Shown here piece after piece: positions 13,122 to 26,200 of a stretch of DNA of 64,000 nucleotides. The DNA is from Macrostomum hystrix (taxonomy: Eukaryota; Animalia; Platyhelminthes), in the NCBI GenBank assembly GCA_950097015.1, contig CATNEN010000039.1:2046001-2110000 (forward strand). Direction: 5' to 3'. Every line of letters starts with the position of its first letter. The stretch's first letter is position 1. Both the position numbers and the translations under genes were made by a program. The notes under the pieces are model-generated. The model made no database searches, was not told the origin of the DNA, and saw only the letters and a program-made list of their open reading frames with translations.

Positions 13122-13207
13122 ATGTGAGCATGTGCTGGATGGCTATGTCATGCGAGCATGTGCTGAATGGCTATATTATGCGAGCATGTGCTGAATGGCT
13201 ATATCAG
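13122..13207. repeat. 27-bp tandem repeat (ATGCGAGCATGTGCTGAATGGCTATAT) x3, left flank of the retrotransposon
   Basis: Three adjacent copies; degenerate copies recur at ~16415-16492. Confidence 0.8.
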
Positions 13208-13209
13208 TC

Positions 13210-16200
13210 TTAGATTGTTTGCAGTCTTAACTTATTTGCACTTCGGTGCAGATAAGTGCCGCGACCTCCTCGTGGTCAAGACGGTGAGTCGCGCTTCACT
13301 GCTGCGGCGGCCAATAGCGGCAGGACAAAGCGGGGGCAGCGAAGCGCACACCGGCGAGTTGAGCGCCGACGCGAGCGAAACCGGCGAGGCCGGCAACGTG
13401 GCGCCGCGCGCCGAACTGCTCTCATGCGAGTCCATCTGGGTCTTCCGGGCGGCGCCGGAGACCATGAGGCTCACCACTACCGAGACCCAGCTGTACCACA
13501 GGACACACTCCGAGTCGGGACGCTGAACTGCCGCACTCTCAAGGCCGCCTGGCGGAGAGGGTTGCTGGCGAAGCTAGCGCTCGACCTCAGCTGTGATGTC
13601 ATCGCACTTCAGGAGGTGTCTATCAGAGCCGAGCCTGGTCTCCACTGTGAGGACCTGGGCTACGGTTGGACACTCTGGTACACATCAGCGGATCAACGAG
13701 GCCGTGGAGGAGTTGGAGCACTGATCGGCCCGTGACTGCAATAGTGCTATCGCTGCTTTTCCTTGTCCCCCCCGGATGCATCGGGTTTACGTCTGGCTTC
13801 GCGGCCGGTACGCTCGTCTGTTCTGCGTGTACGCGCCACCTGCCACCCACCCAGATGAGTCTCAGGACTTCTTCGAGCATCTCTCTGCGCGCGTGGAAGA
13901 GATGCGCAGCGCGACACGGTGGTCGTATTCGGAGACCTAAATGCAGTTCCGCGTAGGTCCGAGCGGTCGCTGTTTGTGACGCCCCGCGAGAACGGCGACA
14001 CCCAGGCGATGGAGGACTTCCTGGAGAGGCAGGATAAGGTGTCGGCCAACACCCGCTTCCGCAAGCCACCAAGCAGGCTCGCGACTTTTGTGGGCTGCAA
14101 ACGGAGGCGGCGGAACGCGCGCGGCCGGTTCGCTACACGGAGGCTAGCACTAATCGACCACGTGCTTCTGCGCTTCCGTGAGCGCCCACGCGCTGTCAAC
14201 TGCCGCACCATCATGCCGCTGGCTCTGCGATCCGATCATCGGCTTCTCATCTGCGACCTCGAGCTACGCGATCCGCTCTACCGTCCGCCAAAGCGGCCAC
14301 CGCGGCGCTACTACCGCGCTCTCAAAGACGCCGGAACGCACTGCCACTTTGCTAGCGCCTTCATCACTGCGCTCGGCGGCAAGCGTGGAGGTGCCGAGTA
14401 CGAGGATGTGAGCGCCGCAGTACGAGCCACCGCGAAACAAGCGGTCCCGTTGATGCGACCGGCCCTGCGTGGGGAGCCGGTCTGGCAGGACGATCCCGCG
14501 ATTCAGCAAGCGAGGGAAGATCTGGAAAAGCTCCGTCTGAGCAGGCGACCTACTCGCGAGGCGGAGGAGGCTCTGGCGACTGTCTATCTGCAGCGGCAGC
14601 AGGCCGCAGTTGGTGAAGTTGTCCAGGCCGTCTCTATCGCTGGGCCCGACGCCAGAGGGCGCGGTGGCCTGGTCCGCCATTAATGCTCTGACAGGGCTGA
14701 AGCGGCGCATCCAACTGAATCTGGCAGGCGATGCTGCGGATGGGCGCAGGAACGAGCTACGCGAGTTCTTTGCCGCCAAAGTCAACACGCCACCAGCCCC
14801 GCTGACAAGCATTCTGACGCTGCCGCCAGAGACGCCGTTGCCGTCAGAGGACAGTTTTAAGGTTGCACCAGTTGCCATGGCTGAAGTCGTGATGCTCGCC
14901 CAGAATACACCGGGCGGCAAGGCGCTGTGTCCGGACGAGGTACCCATCGAGGCGATGCGAATCCTCTGTGTGGCCAGTGAGGTCGCCCGTGTGATGAACC
15001 GCGTGCTCTCCGGTGAGGTGGCACCCACCGAGTGGACCATGGCGCACATCATCGCCATTCCAAAGAAGCCGGGCACTACACGGCTAGACAAGCACCGAGG
15101 CATCTGCCTGCAATCCTGTGCTGCGAAGTTGTTCAACCGGATGCTGCTATCGCGGTTGCAACCCGTGCTGGATCCCTACCTGCGTCCTGAGCAGAACGGG
15201 TTTCGGCTCCACCGTGGCGCAGTGACACAGATCCTAGATCTTCGCCGAATCATCGAGGAGGCGCGCACACGCCAGTTGGACCTGATTGCTGTTTTCATTG
15301 ACTTCATGAAGGCATTCGACTCGGTTGCGAGGGCTGCGCTCCCACATACGTGCTCCGCGCGTACCATGTGCCAGAACAGCTGATCTCCGCCATCATGGCA
15401 TTGTACTGTGCTACGAGAGCAGCTGTGATGACGCCGGACGGCCTGTCGGACTCCTTCGAGACATCCTCCGGGGTGCTCCATGGGACACTCTAGCGCCGTT
15501 CCTGTTCGTCCTGGTGCTTGACTGGGTGCTACGAAGTACTCTTTCTACCGACGAATACGGCTTCCTACTGCGGCGACGTGTGGGTCGACGTCAATCGGAG
15601 AAACGGCTCAGCGTGCTTGGCTACGCCGATGACCTCGCCCTGCTGTCCTCGACCGTAGAGGGCGCCCAGCGCCAGTTGGACTAGCTGGTTAGTACTGCAG
15701 CGAGTTTCGGCCTGTTGGTCAACACGAAGAAGACGTTGTGCTCTGCGTGCCGGGCGACATCGAGGCCACAATTTTCTGCCGAGGCGCTGACGGGCAGGTA
15801 ACAGAGCTTACGCGCTGTCAGCAGTTCGTCTACCTCGGCGGTCTGGTACCTGACGTCCGCGAAGATCTGCGGCGTCGCCGCCGGTATGCTTGGGCTGCCT
15901 TTCGTTCTGTGAGGGCGGTCCTGCTGTCCGAGGCCCTACCTGATCACCAGAGGGTGGCGCTGTTCCAGGCGGTGGTCGAGACCGTCCTGTTGTACAACGC
16001 CGAGGCCTGGACGCTGACGGATTCGCTCGAAAGCAAGTCAACGGGGCGCACGCTGGCCTGCTGCCCGCCGCCTTTAAGATCAGCGACGAGCGGATCACTA
16101 ACGCGGCACTCTATCGCCACGCCGGCCTGGCCCGTCCAAGTGAACTGCTGCGACTTCGACGACTCCAGCTGGCAGGCCACACCATCTGCGCCGAGTCCTA

Positions 16201-16410
16201 CTGCCCGCAGCCGGTGCAGGAGGTGCTGCTGCTAACGCTGCAGGCACCCTACCGGCGCGGCCAGGCCCGAACTCGGCGTTTCGTCGACTGCCTGCTGGCC
16301 GATGCTGGCGCCGGACACTGCCGGCGGTGCGGCCTTTGTTCGCGCCCAGGCTCTGAAGCGTGCACTGTAACGCTGCTTTTTCCACCTGACAGCGTATTTT
16401 GTTGGTGTTG
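13210..16410 (+). mobile_element. Decayed non-LTR retrotransposon (APE endonuclease + reverse transcriptase, RTE-like single-ORF organisation)
   Basis: APE motifs VGTLNCRTL, DVIALQEV, GDLNA, IDHVL, SDHRLL. RT motifs IIAIPKK, RGICL, EQNGFR, FIDFMKAFDSV, (G)DTLAPFLF, GYADDL, FVYLGG, VLLYNAEAWTLT. The frame is broken by stops (e.g. 13733, 15682) and several frameshifts. Ends are approximate. Confidence 0.93.
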
Positions 16411-17290
16411 TTATTTGAGCATGAACTGGATGGCTATATCATGTGAGAATGTGCTGAATGGTTAGCATGGTTAGAATGCGAGCATGTGCTGTAGAATTCA
16501 TCGCACCTACATCGCCAAAGACACCAATGTCATCAAAGGCGAACTTTTGAAAGAAAAACTTTTTTTCACAAAACTTTTGAAAACACACAAATTTCTACTT
16601 CCACTGAGTCCTTTGACGTCATCGAGCACAGAATGGGGGCTTTGAGAAGTTTGCCTCTGGTAGCAGATGTTAAAGAATCTCCCGACAAAAGCGAAAAAGT
16701 TTTCTACATTTTCCGCAAATTTTGCAAACCTCAGCAGTTTTGCTTGAGTCTGAGATTAGGCGATGGCGCCATCTGGTTGGATTATAAGATTTGCTTCGAA
16801 ACTTCACACCGCCTCCGCGAAGATAATCTGCTTGTGGAACGCACGCGAGGGCTACTCTCTGACTCTTTAATATCCGATACTTTCGCCCTAAATTCGTTGT
16901 TTTTCAATTTTTTTAAACAAAAAACTTTAATCCGATTTAACTGAAAGTCGTGGAAATGCTATAGTCAGCAGATTTTTGTCTTCCAGTCTTGCTGTAATCC
17001 TACTTGAAAAGTTTTCAATTAATCCCAAGCTGGTCCTTGAGGCAGCATCTGGCGCCACCACCCGGCCCCCCTCTCCAGTGTGTATTTAGGGCGCTGCGAT
17101 CCCGGCCCAATTCTCCAAGCCTGACTCGACTTGAGCGAGTTATTCGGCGATTTCTGATTCTGCTTCAAAGCATTGTTTGCAGTTTTCAAATTCTCAGCTT
17201 TAGCGATTCTCAAAGAACTACCAGAACACCTTGAGCTCCTTGAAGCTGTGCATCTTCATGGCTAGGAGCTACCGCGTTCCATCCGGGACG

Positions 17291-20200
17291 ATGCAACTCG
17301 CGCAGCAGCTGCTGCTGCCTCTGTTGCTGCTGTCGTCCGCTGCCTCGGCGGCGCTGACACTCGGCGACAACGTGCTAGCTGGCAGCGGCGGCGTCGACGC
17401 CGGCACCATGCTGGTGGACCAGATGCAGATCGGAGAGACCTCCGATCCAATCAGCATTCGGCAGGCGTGAGTCTCTAAAGTAGCTCCGATTACTTGAGCC
17501 TTAGCCAGTCACTTGAGCCGTAGCCAGTCACTTGAGCCGTAGCCCAGTCACTTGAGCCGTAGCCCAGTCACTTGAGCCTTAGCCAGTTACTTGAGCCTTA
17601 GCCAGTTACTTGAGCCGAAGCCCAGTTACTTGAGCCGAAGCCCAGTTACTTGAGCCTTAGCCAGTTACTTGAGCCTTAGCCATTTACTTGAGCCTTAGCC
17701 AGTCACTTGAGCCGTAGCCCAGTCACTTGAGCCGTAGCCCAGTCACTTGAGCCGTAGCCCAGTCACTTGAGCCGTAGCCCAGTCACTTGAGCCGTAGCCC
17801 AGTCACTTGAGCCGTAGCCCAGTCACTTGAGCCGTAGCCCAGTCACTTGATTGCTTAGCCAATAATGCTCATCTTCTCCTGTTAGGTCGAACTCGCCCAA
17901 CCAGTGCGACTACGACTACATGGAGAATAATGAGACCTCGGCCAGCTGTGGCGACCTCACGCCCAGTTTGTCCGGCTTCAACATCGTGGCGGACTCGGTG
18001 CCTATCATGCCGGACTGCGCCAACCAAGTTGCCTCCATCCAGGTCCAGCGGACCTCCTGCTTGCGAAAGTACATTATGGACTATTCGAATCGTAAACCAA
18101 CTCCAAAGTGCAAATACTGCAGGTAATTAATTATGAAACTGGAATTATGAAAATTATCAAACGTGCATTAAGCTGAATAAAAATCTCAAGTTAGATTTGG
18201 TTACGGAGCCAACCTGAGGAAGGGAAACAGAGAAGTCGAGCTATTAGTCACATGACAACGAGACAAGTGATCCAGGTCATTTACTTGATTCGACTCTCTC
18301 TTCATTTCACCACAGGAAACAAAAGACCACTCGGCGCGGCTGCTGCCCCGGCTACCGTGGCGCTAACTGCCAGGAGGTTGTCTGCTTTGCCAAAGACGGC
18401 GGCTGCCAGAACGGAGGCCAGTGCGTCAAGCCTGATCAGTGCCAATGCAAGAGTGGCTACCTGGGCGCCATGTGCGATGAGGACACGGCGGGTGAGAATG
18501 AGAACGATGATTTTCGTATCTAACTATTGCACGAGCGTTTGCTCCTCACGCCAAGGTCCTTAAGTTCGATTCCGCGACAATGCCACATTTATTTGGGGCG
18601 CAGCCGCGGAGAGAAGGCTTGGGGGCCTGTCGTGCAATTTGCGCCCTTGAGGGCCAACCTCCAAAGCACAGTGAAGTGTAAACTACCTGACGATGAGAAA
18701 GTCAGGGCAGATGTACACACCTGTGTGAGCGTGTGCCTGCGTAAAGTATCTGTGTGCGTGCGTGCTCAGGATTCATCGGAGTGGGCAGAATTGCCTGTTC
18801 GCTGGCTCGCGGGTCTAATGTCACCAAATGACGTGCCATTGCCCGCAGCCCTCCTGCAATTAATATTATTATTTCTATTATTATCGCATGACTAACATAT
18901 TCTCCACGAGCTGATCGCTTTCCTGCTTTCTAGAGCTGCAAAAGGACACTCGCATGCGGTACTGCTTCTCTGACACTGGCTGCAAGGTCAAGAACACCAA
19001 GTTCGGCCGCAACACCGCGCCATTTTCCGACTGCTGCGCAGCAGGTGGCAACTCCTTCGGCTATTCGGGAGTCTGCACTGCGTGCACCAGCACCGCTGGC
19101 AGTGAGTATTCGAAACTTTAGTCTGTCGGATTTTAACTCAGTTCACTTGAACTCACTCAGTAGATCGAATTGCCATTGTTCTTTGCCAACTATCCCAACC
19201 TTCAGTAAGAAGCCTCGGCTCACCCACCGGTCACTCCGAGATCGTGCCATTCGACTCCTGCTCCAGCTACGGTCCGAACTCGATCTCAACCTTCGACGGT
19301 CTCACCTACGAGTTCGAGGGTCGCTGCACTTACCTGTTGGCTGGCAGCATCAACCCCAGCAGGCGCTGGTTTGTCAAGGTCACGTTGATCAACTGCGACA
19401 GGTTCAGTTCATGCCAGAAAGTGAGTGTCAAATTACCCTTGAATATTTCAAAACAGATCGGACCTAAGTTGCAACTGCCTCCGCCTTCAGGAGCTCCGTT
19501 TTCGCTTGGACGACCTGCATGAGTTTGTCGCGAACGGTCAGAATGTGCAGGTGTTCCAAATCTCTGGCCTGGACTCCAGCCAGCTACTGAAGGTCAACGA
19601 CAGCTTCCATGATCTCTTCGACGACGCCGTGGACTACAAAGGGGTCAGGTTCATTCACCGCGGCGGCTCCATCATCATGACCAGTCGCAGCCTCGGCGTC
19701 CGCCTACGCTGGAACTCGGCTGGCTCCGTCGAGTTGTCTCTAGACCGACCGGTGCATAGCAACCAAGACTTGCAGGTGAGAAGCGTTTGAGGATTATTCG
19801 TTATTCGTTGAACAGTTGCTTTGATGCTGTAACCTCTGCTGTAACCTAACCTGTGATGTATCAGACTAGGATCGACACTTGCCAAAAGTTGCAGAATCTA
19901 ACAACTAGAATATTTCCCACAGGGTCTGTGTGGCAACTACGATGGCGATAAGAGCAACGAGTTCGGCGACTTTGCCAACCCGTCGGCCTTCGGAAATTCT
20001 TGGAAGGCGCAGAATTGCCCAGACGCGGCCAACGTACCAGTGCATTGCCAGGATGCGAAGACCACGGCCAGCGCTGAGATGGAGTGTCGCCAGATTGACT
20101 CCATCTTCTTCCCGTGCCACGATCGCATTCCACCGCAAGAGTTCTTCCAGCGCTGCGTGCAGGACGTCTGCCTGGCCATTTTCAAGGGCGAGTCCACCAG

Positions 20201-23200
20201 CGGAGTCATCTGCCGCCACCTGTCTGCCTACGCGGGCTTGTGCTCACTCAGGGGCATCTGCATCGACTGGCGCTCCAGCAACCTTTGCCGTGAGTTATCT
20301 GAAGCTTCTGAATTAGACAAGCAGGTAGATGTGCACCGCTGTGCGGGCGTACTTCAAGGACTACTTACAAGACATGTACTTATATACGTAATTCCTAGTG
20401 GTCCTATGTACGTATAGCGGTGTGAAATAGTGAAACGCAGTGAAATGGCCTGAATCACGCCATCGAGCCCCTGAAAGACATTGTTTCTCAATTTTTTTCT
20501 TTAGTTATGGCTTCTTTTTTTCGCAATTTTTTTGGAATATGTTGTGACGCTGCATTTACTAGCGGAAATGATTGTTTTTGCTGCTGCTGCTAGCGGCCTG
20601 GTATTGAAAGTGTTTGCTAGGTTGATTCATCTACGTGGAAAGAAAAAGTTTTCGATTACTTTAAAGATCGCATTGTTAATTATTGCAGCCACAAACTGCT
20701 CTGAGCCCAACATGTACTGGAAGGAGTGCGCCAGCGAGTGCCCAACCACATGTGCCAACTACGACCAGGTGAAGTCCGAACTCTGCCAGGTGACCACCAG
20801 TCCCAGGTGCGAATGCGAGCCAGACTATGTGCACCACATGGGCAAGTGCATCCGCAAAATCGACTGTCCATGCAAGTACAACGGCAAGGAATTCCCGGCC
20901 GGGGGTACTTTCAACACCCAGTGCGAGAGCTGGTGAGTTTATACAGTAATTGCTGGACAATTTAAGACTACTTTATAAGACGAATATTTATACGAGCGTA
21001 CATACAAAAAGCGATTAGGCAAGCAATCAAGAAATTTAAATTTGAGCGGTTTAAACTCCCATCATTATAGCCAGTGCATCCAAGGCCGATGGAGCTGCTA
21101 CAAGCGAGCCTCCTGTCCTAAGAGCTGCCAAGTCGCGGGCACCAACATCAGGACATTCGATGGAGCCCAGGTTGAGTTCAACGGCCGCACCTGTGAGTAC
21201 GTGCTACTACAGCCGGCATCGAATGTCTCCGACAGCCGGCTGAACGTCACCATCACCCAGCGGGTGCGCACCGAGAATGTCCTTATCACCGATCCGAACC
21301 AGCTTGCCAACCTGCCTAAAAAGGTGCGAATTAATTACGGCGACTACCGAATCGAGCTCGTGTCCACATCGCTCAACTATGGCTCCAGAGCTTCGGTATT
21401 TATCAATGACGAGGACGTTACTAATAACCTGCACTTGGCAAACCTGGACCATCACCTTCTGGTCAAGCAGATCACATCAGTGACCACAATGGTGAAGATT
21501 GGTAACCATATCACCGTGTACTTCGACGGCTTTCGCAATATCGAAATCAAAGCTAACGAGCTGGTGCAGAATAATGTGAGGGCCTCGCGGGATTAATTTT
21601 TTCATAGAATCACGAGATCCTGTTTGCAGTAGAGCTTATACATTGCAAAACAACACTATTTTGTAGGTAAAGGGACTGTGTGGCAACTATGACGGTGTTA
21701 CGGCAAACGATCTGCATCCGAGAAATTCAGACATCTTCGGCTGCGTCACCGAGCTGGCTGAGTCCTACATCACCGGTGTCTGCACTGACTCGCCCATCCC
21801 ACTTCGGCAGGCCGCCTTTGCCGATCAGGTATGTTTCCGATGCCCGGGAGGGAGGGAGCAGGGACCTGGAATTCCGTGTTGCTCACGTACCGGCGGTTTA
21901 TCTCGTTAGCTCGTATAGCTAAATAGATAAACTCGTGACTGTAATCTCTCGATTGGTCCGAATCAGCGCAACACGATCTGTGACTTGTATTGAAAATTCT
22001 CAGAACACTGGCATCTACAACTCGAATTTATCAGGTGTCCGGCTCAGACCAATGCCAGATTGCCCTGCTGACTGGCGAATCCTTTAGGGCGTGCCGCGAG
22101 TCCAACAAGGTTGACCTGAACGGTCATTACCTGCGCAGCTGCCGCAAGGAGGTGGCTTCCGGCGGAGTGCAGGGCCAGCAGTTCCTGTTCTGCACCACAC
22201 TGGTGCAGGCAGCCATCGAGTGCAAGAGCCAGGGCTACGATGTTGACTTCTATCAGGACTCCGTGCTCAACCTGTGTGGTAGGTTGACACGTCGGGTGAC
22301 AGAGACGAGGGAAAATCAATACTAATACCCCACTAATACGTATTTTTTACAGCTCCACCTTGTCGTGTCGGTGGCGGTGTCTTCAGCCTGTGTGCCCGCA
22401 CCTGCCGCTCTACGTGCTCCGACTTGGCGTCCACTGAGATGTGTGAGGAAGGCTGTTTCCCTGGCTGCGACTGCCAATACGAGAGCCAATACCGCGACCA
22501 TCATGGCACCTGTGTGCGCCAGTCCGAATGCACCTGCCGGGACCGCTTCAATCCAGAAAGCATCATTTACAAGGCGGGAGATGTTTTGCAACGCAGCTGC
22601 ACCAACTGTACCTGCAATAACGGTGGCTTCGTCTGCGAGGACGACTCCTGCGAGGATAAGGTGGTTTGCCCGAAGAACCAAGTGTTCATGGATCAAGTAC
22701 CGTCCTGCCAGCGCTGTGAGGACTACAACAACTGTCCGAAGAACACCATGCTGCAGAAGCGATGCGGTTGTCCAGGAAACCAAGTGAAAAAGAGCGACGT
22801 AAGTGAAGTGGCTGAACCTGAGAATTTGTAAAAATCAAGACATGCTCCGTTCTCTCTCTTCTAATAATATTGATAATAATTGATAATAGATATATTGATA
22901 TATTGATAGTATCTGCAGGAGGGGGCTGTGGGCACTGGTACATCATGTGGTGATGGTAGACCCACAGCCTGTGAGGAATTAATTATTTTCGCCAGAAATA
23001 AATTTGGCCCCACTGAGAAATCGAGCTCAGAGAAGCAAACGAGTTAACCGCTTGGCCACTCACCGCCCCCCATTTGCACAATGGGGGGCGGTGAGTGAAA
23101 TGAAAATTGTACAAATTTTCTGTGCGATCGTAAATTCTATTCAAGAAATGGCTGGATTAATAATCTACTAAGCTGTCTCCGCTGACATATTGCATTGCAA

Positions 23201-26200
23201 ATAGCGACATGTCCGGCTTCGAATTTTGAGCTTGGTAGAGTCGATGAGGACTAGCTTTAAGGGCCGGTAATTTATCAATTTCGGTTAGGACAATTGGGGT
23301 AAAATACTCACAAATGTACCTGCGATGTTATTATATATAGTTCCTTCGACATACTTCAGGGTACATGCGTCCCAGCCAATCAATGCCCATGCAAGCTGCT
23401 CCAGAAGGAGTACCCACCAACTCACAAGTTGAAAATGGGCTGCAAAACGTTTGTTTGCGAGAAGCAGAAGTGGAAACAGGTTGGAAAGGATCGCGAATGC
23501 GAAGGTGAGTGTCACAAAATTTACCGTGGAAAGGTCAGCGTTAAGCTACGACACCTGTCCTCGATGCCGGAAAGTCACGCATAATTTTTGTGTCACTTGC
23601 AGCCGTTTGCAAGGCACAAGGCGACCCACACTACCACACCTTTGATAAGAAGAAGTACAACTTCCAAGGCAAGTGCCAGTACACTCTAGTCAGCTTCGAT
23701 GGCGACACCGCCCGGGGTCTGCCAAAGTTTCACATCTCGGCGCAGAATGTGCCCTGCGGCTCTAAGCAGGTCACTTGCACGAAGTTCATACGCATCATTA
23801 TCGGCGACGAAAGATACACGCTGGTCCGCGGTCAGGATAAGGACGAATTCCCGGCTCCATTTGCCAGCTATGGAGTCAAACTAGAGCATCTCACGGTCTA
23901 CACTCAGGTGGTGTCCGACATTCTCGGTCTGCGCATTCTGTGGGACAGGAAGACCCGGGTTCTGATCTACCTGAGATCTGACTACAAGAAGCAAGTCAGC
24001 GGTCTCTGCGGCAACTACGATGGCAACGCTGCAAATGATTTCACTTACAACAACCTACCTATGGCCAGCGTCGACGAGTGGGCGGAGAAGTACCGCACTG
24101 GCGCAGAATCCTGCCCGACGGAGGCCAGCTCTTCGAAGCGAAGCGATGGCTGGCGGGATATTTGCGAACAGGTTTGACTAAGGCCAATGCTCTTTGATAT
24201 AAAATATTTGTCTAGTGTACATTCAGTAGAAAAAATTCATGGCATGCCAACTTGTAGAATTATTGTTATTATACATTGTACTTTCATCGTTTCAAACTTT
24301 TCTACTTTCGCAGAATCCAAGCAGAAAATCATGGTCGGAGCTCACTTGTGGTGTCATCAAAAATCCGAACGGCCCATTTAAAGACTGTCTGCTGGCCCTC
24401 GATGACGAAACGGTGCAGACCTTCTATGAAAACTGCGTCTTCGATGCCTGCGGATGTGACACCGGCGGTGACTGCGAGTGCGTTTGCTCAGCCCTGGCTG
24501 GCTTCGCCGACCACTGCTCTGACGTGGGCGTCCATATCAAGTGGCGAAGCATGGACAGCTGCCGTGAGTGTCGCTTGCTGCTTTGTGTGTGCTATGATTA
24601 AAACCAGAGTCCTAAAATATAGCCAATGAACTGTGCCAACCGCTGCTTTCAGCTCTTATGTGTGACGGAGGCAAGCGCTACATGCCTTGCATGAATCCGT
24701 GCCCCCAGAACTGCCGGAACCTCGGAGACGAGCCGGCACCGCACTGCCAGAACGCGGCATGCACTGAGGGCTGCGGCTGCCCAGAAGGCACCGTGGATCA
24801 GAACGGAGAGTGTGTTCCCATCAGCGTGTGTCCATGCGTACACAATGGTACCGAGTACCAGCATGGCAGGGTATATTTCGACGAGGTCACTTGCAGAGAG
24901 TGTACATGCGGTTCTAACGGCAGGTTTAGTTGCAAAGTGAAGCTGGACGCTTGTAAGGTGAAGCCTAAGTGCGAGGATGAGAGCAACTTCCAGTGCTCAA
25001 ACGGCGCCTGCATTCCTCGCGAGCAGGTTTGCGATCGCAAGTTTGACTGCATTGACCGGAGCGACGAGAAGGACTGCAGTGAGTTACAGGGTGGGCTTGA
25101 AAAATGGGTATAGGACTCGCGGAACACAGCTCGACAAGCGCTTGTCTATTAAGTTAATAGTAGAAATATGCTACCCTCAACATTTTCCTCTCAATTACAG
25201 CGCCAATCAACACCACGTGTTCAGTAGCGTTCTTCCAGTGCCAGCGAGACGGAAACTGCATTCCAGAATCAAAGAGATGCGACGGTGTTTCCCACTGCTC
25301 GGATGGAAGTGACGAGTTTGACTGTCGTGAGTGCCATGAGTGCATCTTTGTAACTCCTCTTTTAAGTAGCTGCATAAAAAACTGAAACATAAAAATAAAC
25401 CGAATGACCATAATTGCAGAGAAATGCACAGACTCTTTGTACTATCTGTGCCCCCTGAGTGGCCAGTGCATTCACAGAAGACAACTATGTGATGGGCGCA
25501 TGGACTGTGGCTTCAACGATAACTCAGACGAGAGTGACTGCAAAGGTTAGAAGAACATGGTTTAGTTTTGGCCATTTTACTCGTAGTATGCTGACTTCTA
25601 GGGGGTCGGTGGCAGAGCGGTTAACGCGTCTGCCTCTCGAACCACGGTCCCAAAGTTCGATTCCACGGCGAGGCCACATTCATTTGGGGCGCAGCCGCGG
25701 AGAGAAGGCTTGGGTGCTTGTCGTGCAATTTACGCCCTTGATGGCCAACCCCCAAGGCACAGTGAAGTGTAAACTACCTGACGATGAGAAAGTCAGGGCA
25801 GATGTACACACCTGTGTGAGCGTATGCCTGCGTACAGTATCTGTGTGCGTGTGTACTTATGTGAGTAACACTTATGTGAGTATTTGCGCAACTTTGGGCA
25901 TTGTAAAGGGTAGCATTGTAAATGCTAATTGTAAAGGGTAAAGCTCTTTTCGAAATAAGCATCAGGAATTTTAGAAAAAAGTTTTAATCAGAAAAAGGTG
26001 TAATAGTTATTGCCAATGTGAGGCGGTCAAAAAGACTAGCCTACTGCATGCATTTTTATGTTTTATTTTACACAAAACCAATTGCAGAGTGCGACCAGGG
26101 TGCTGAGTTCCGCTGCGGCTCCACAATAGATAAGCCCGGCCCGTGCATTCCGCTCAGAAAACGGTGCGACGGTCACGATGACTGCGGAGATGGAAGCGAT

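Noticed and set aside
16614-16621. Perfect CRE palindrome TGACGTCA ~680 bp upstream of the giant gene ATG
   Set aside because: A single 8-mer is expected by chance about once in 64 kb, and the TSS is unknown.
25777-25798. Hammerhead-ribozyme-like CTGACGA...GAAA...GTC in the SINE (also ~18686-18707)
   Set aside because: Only 3 nt separate CUGACGA and GAAA, so stem II cannot form. CCTGAC/GTCAGG instead pair as a simple hairpin.
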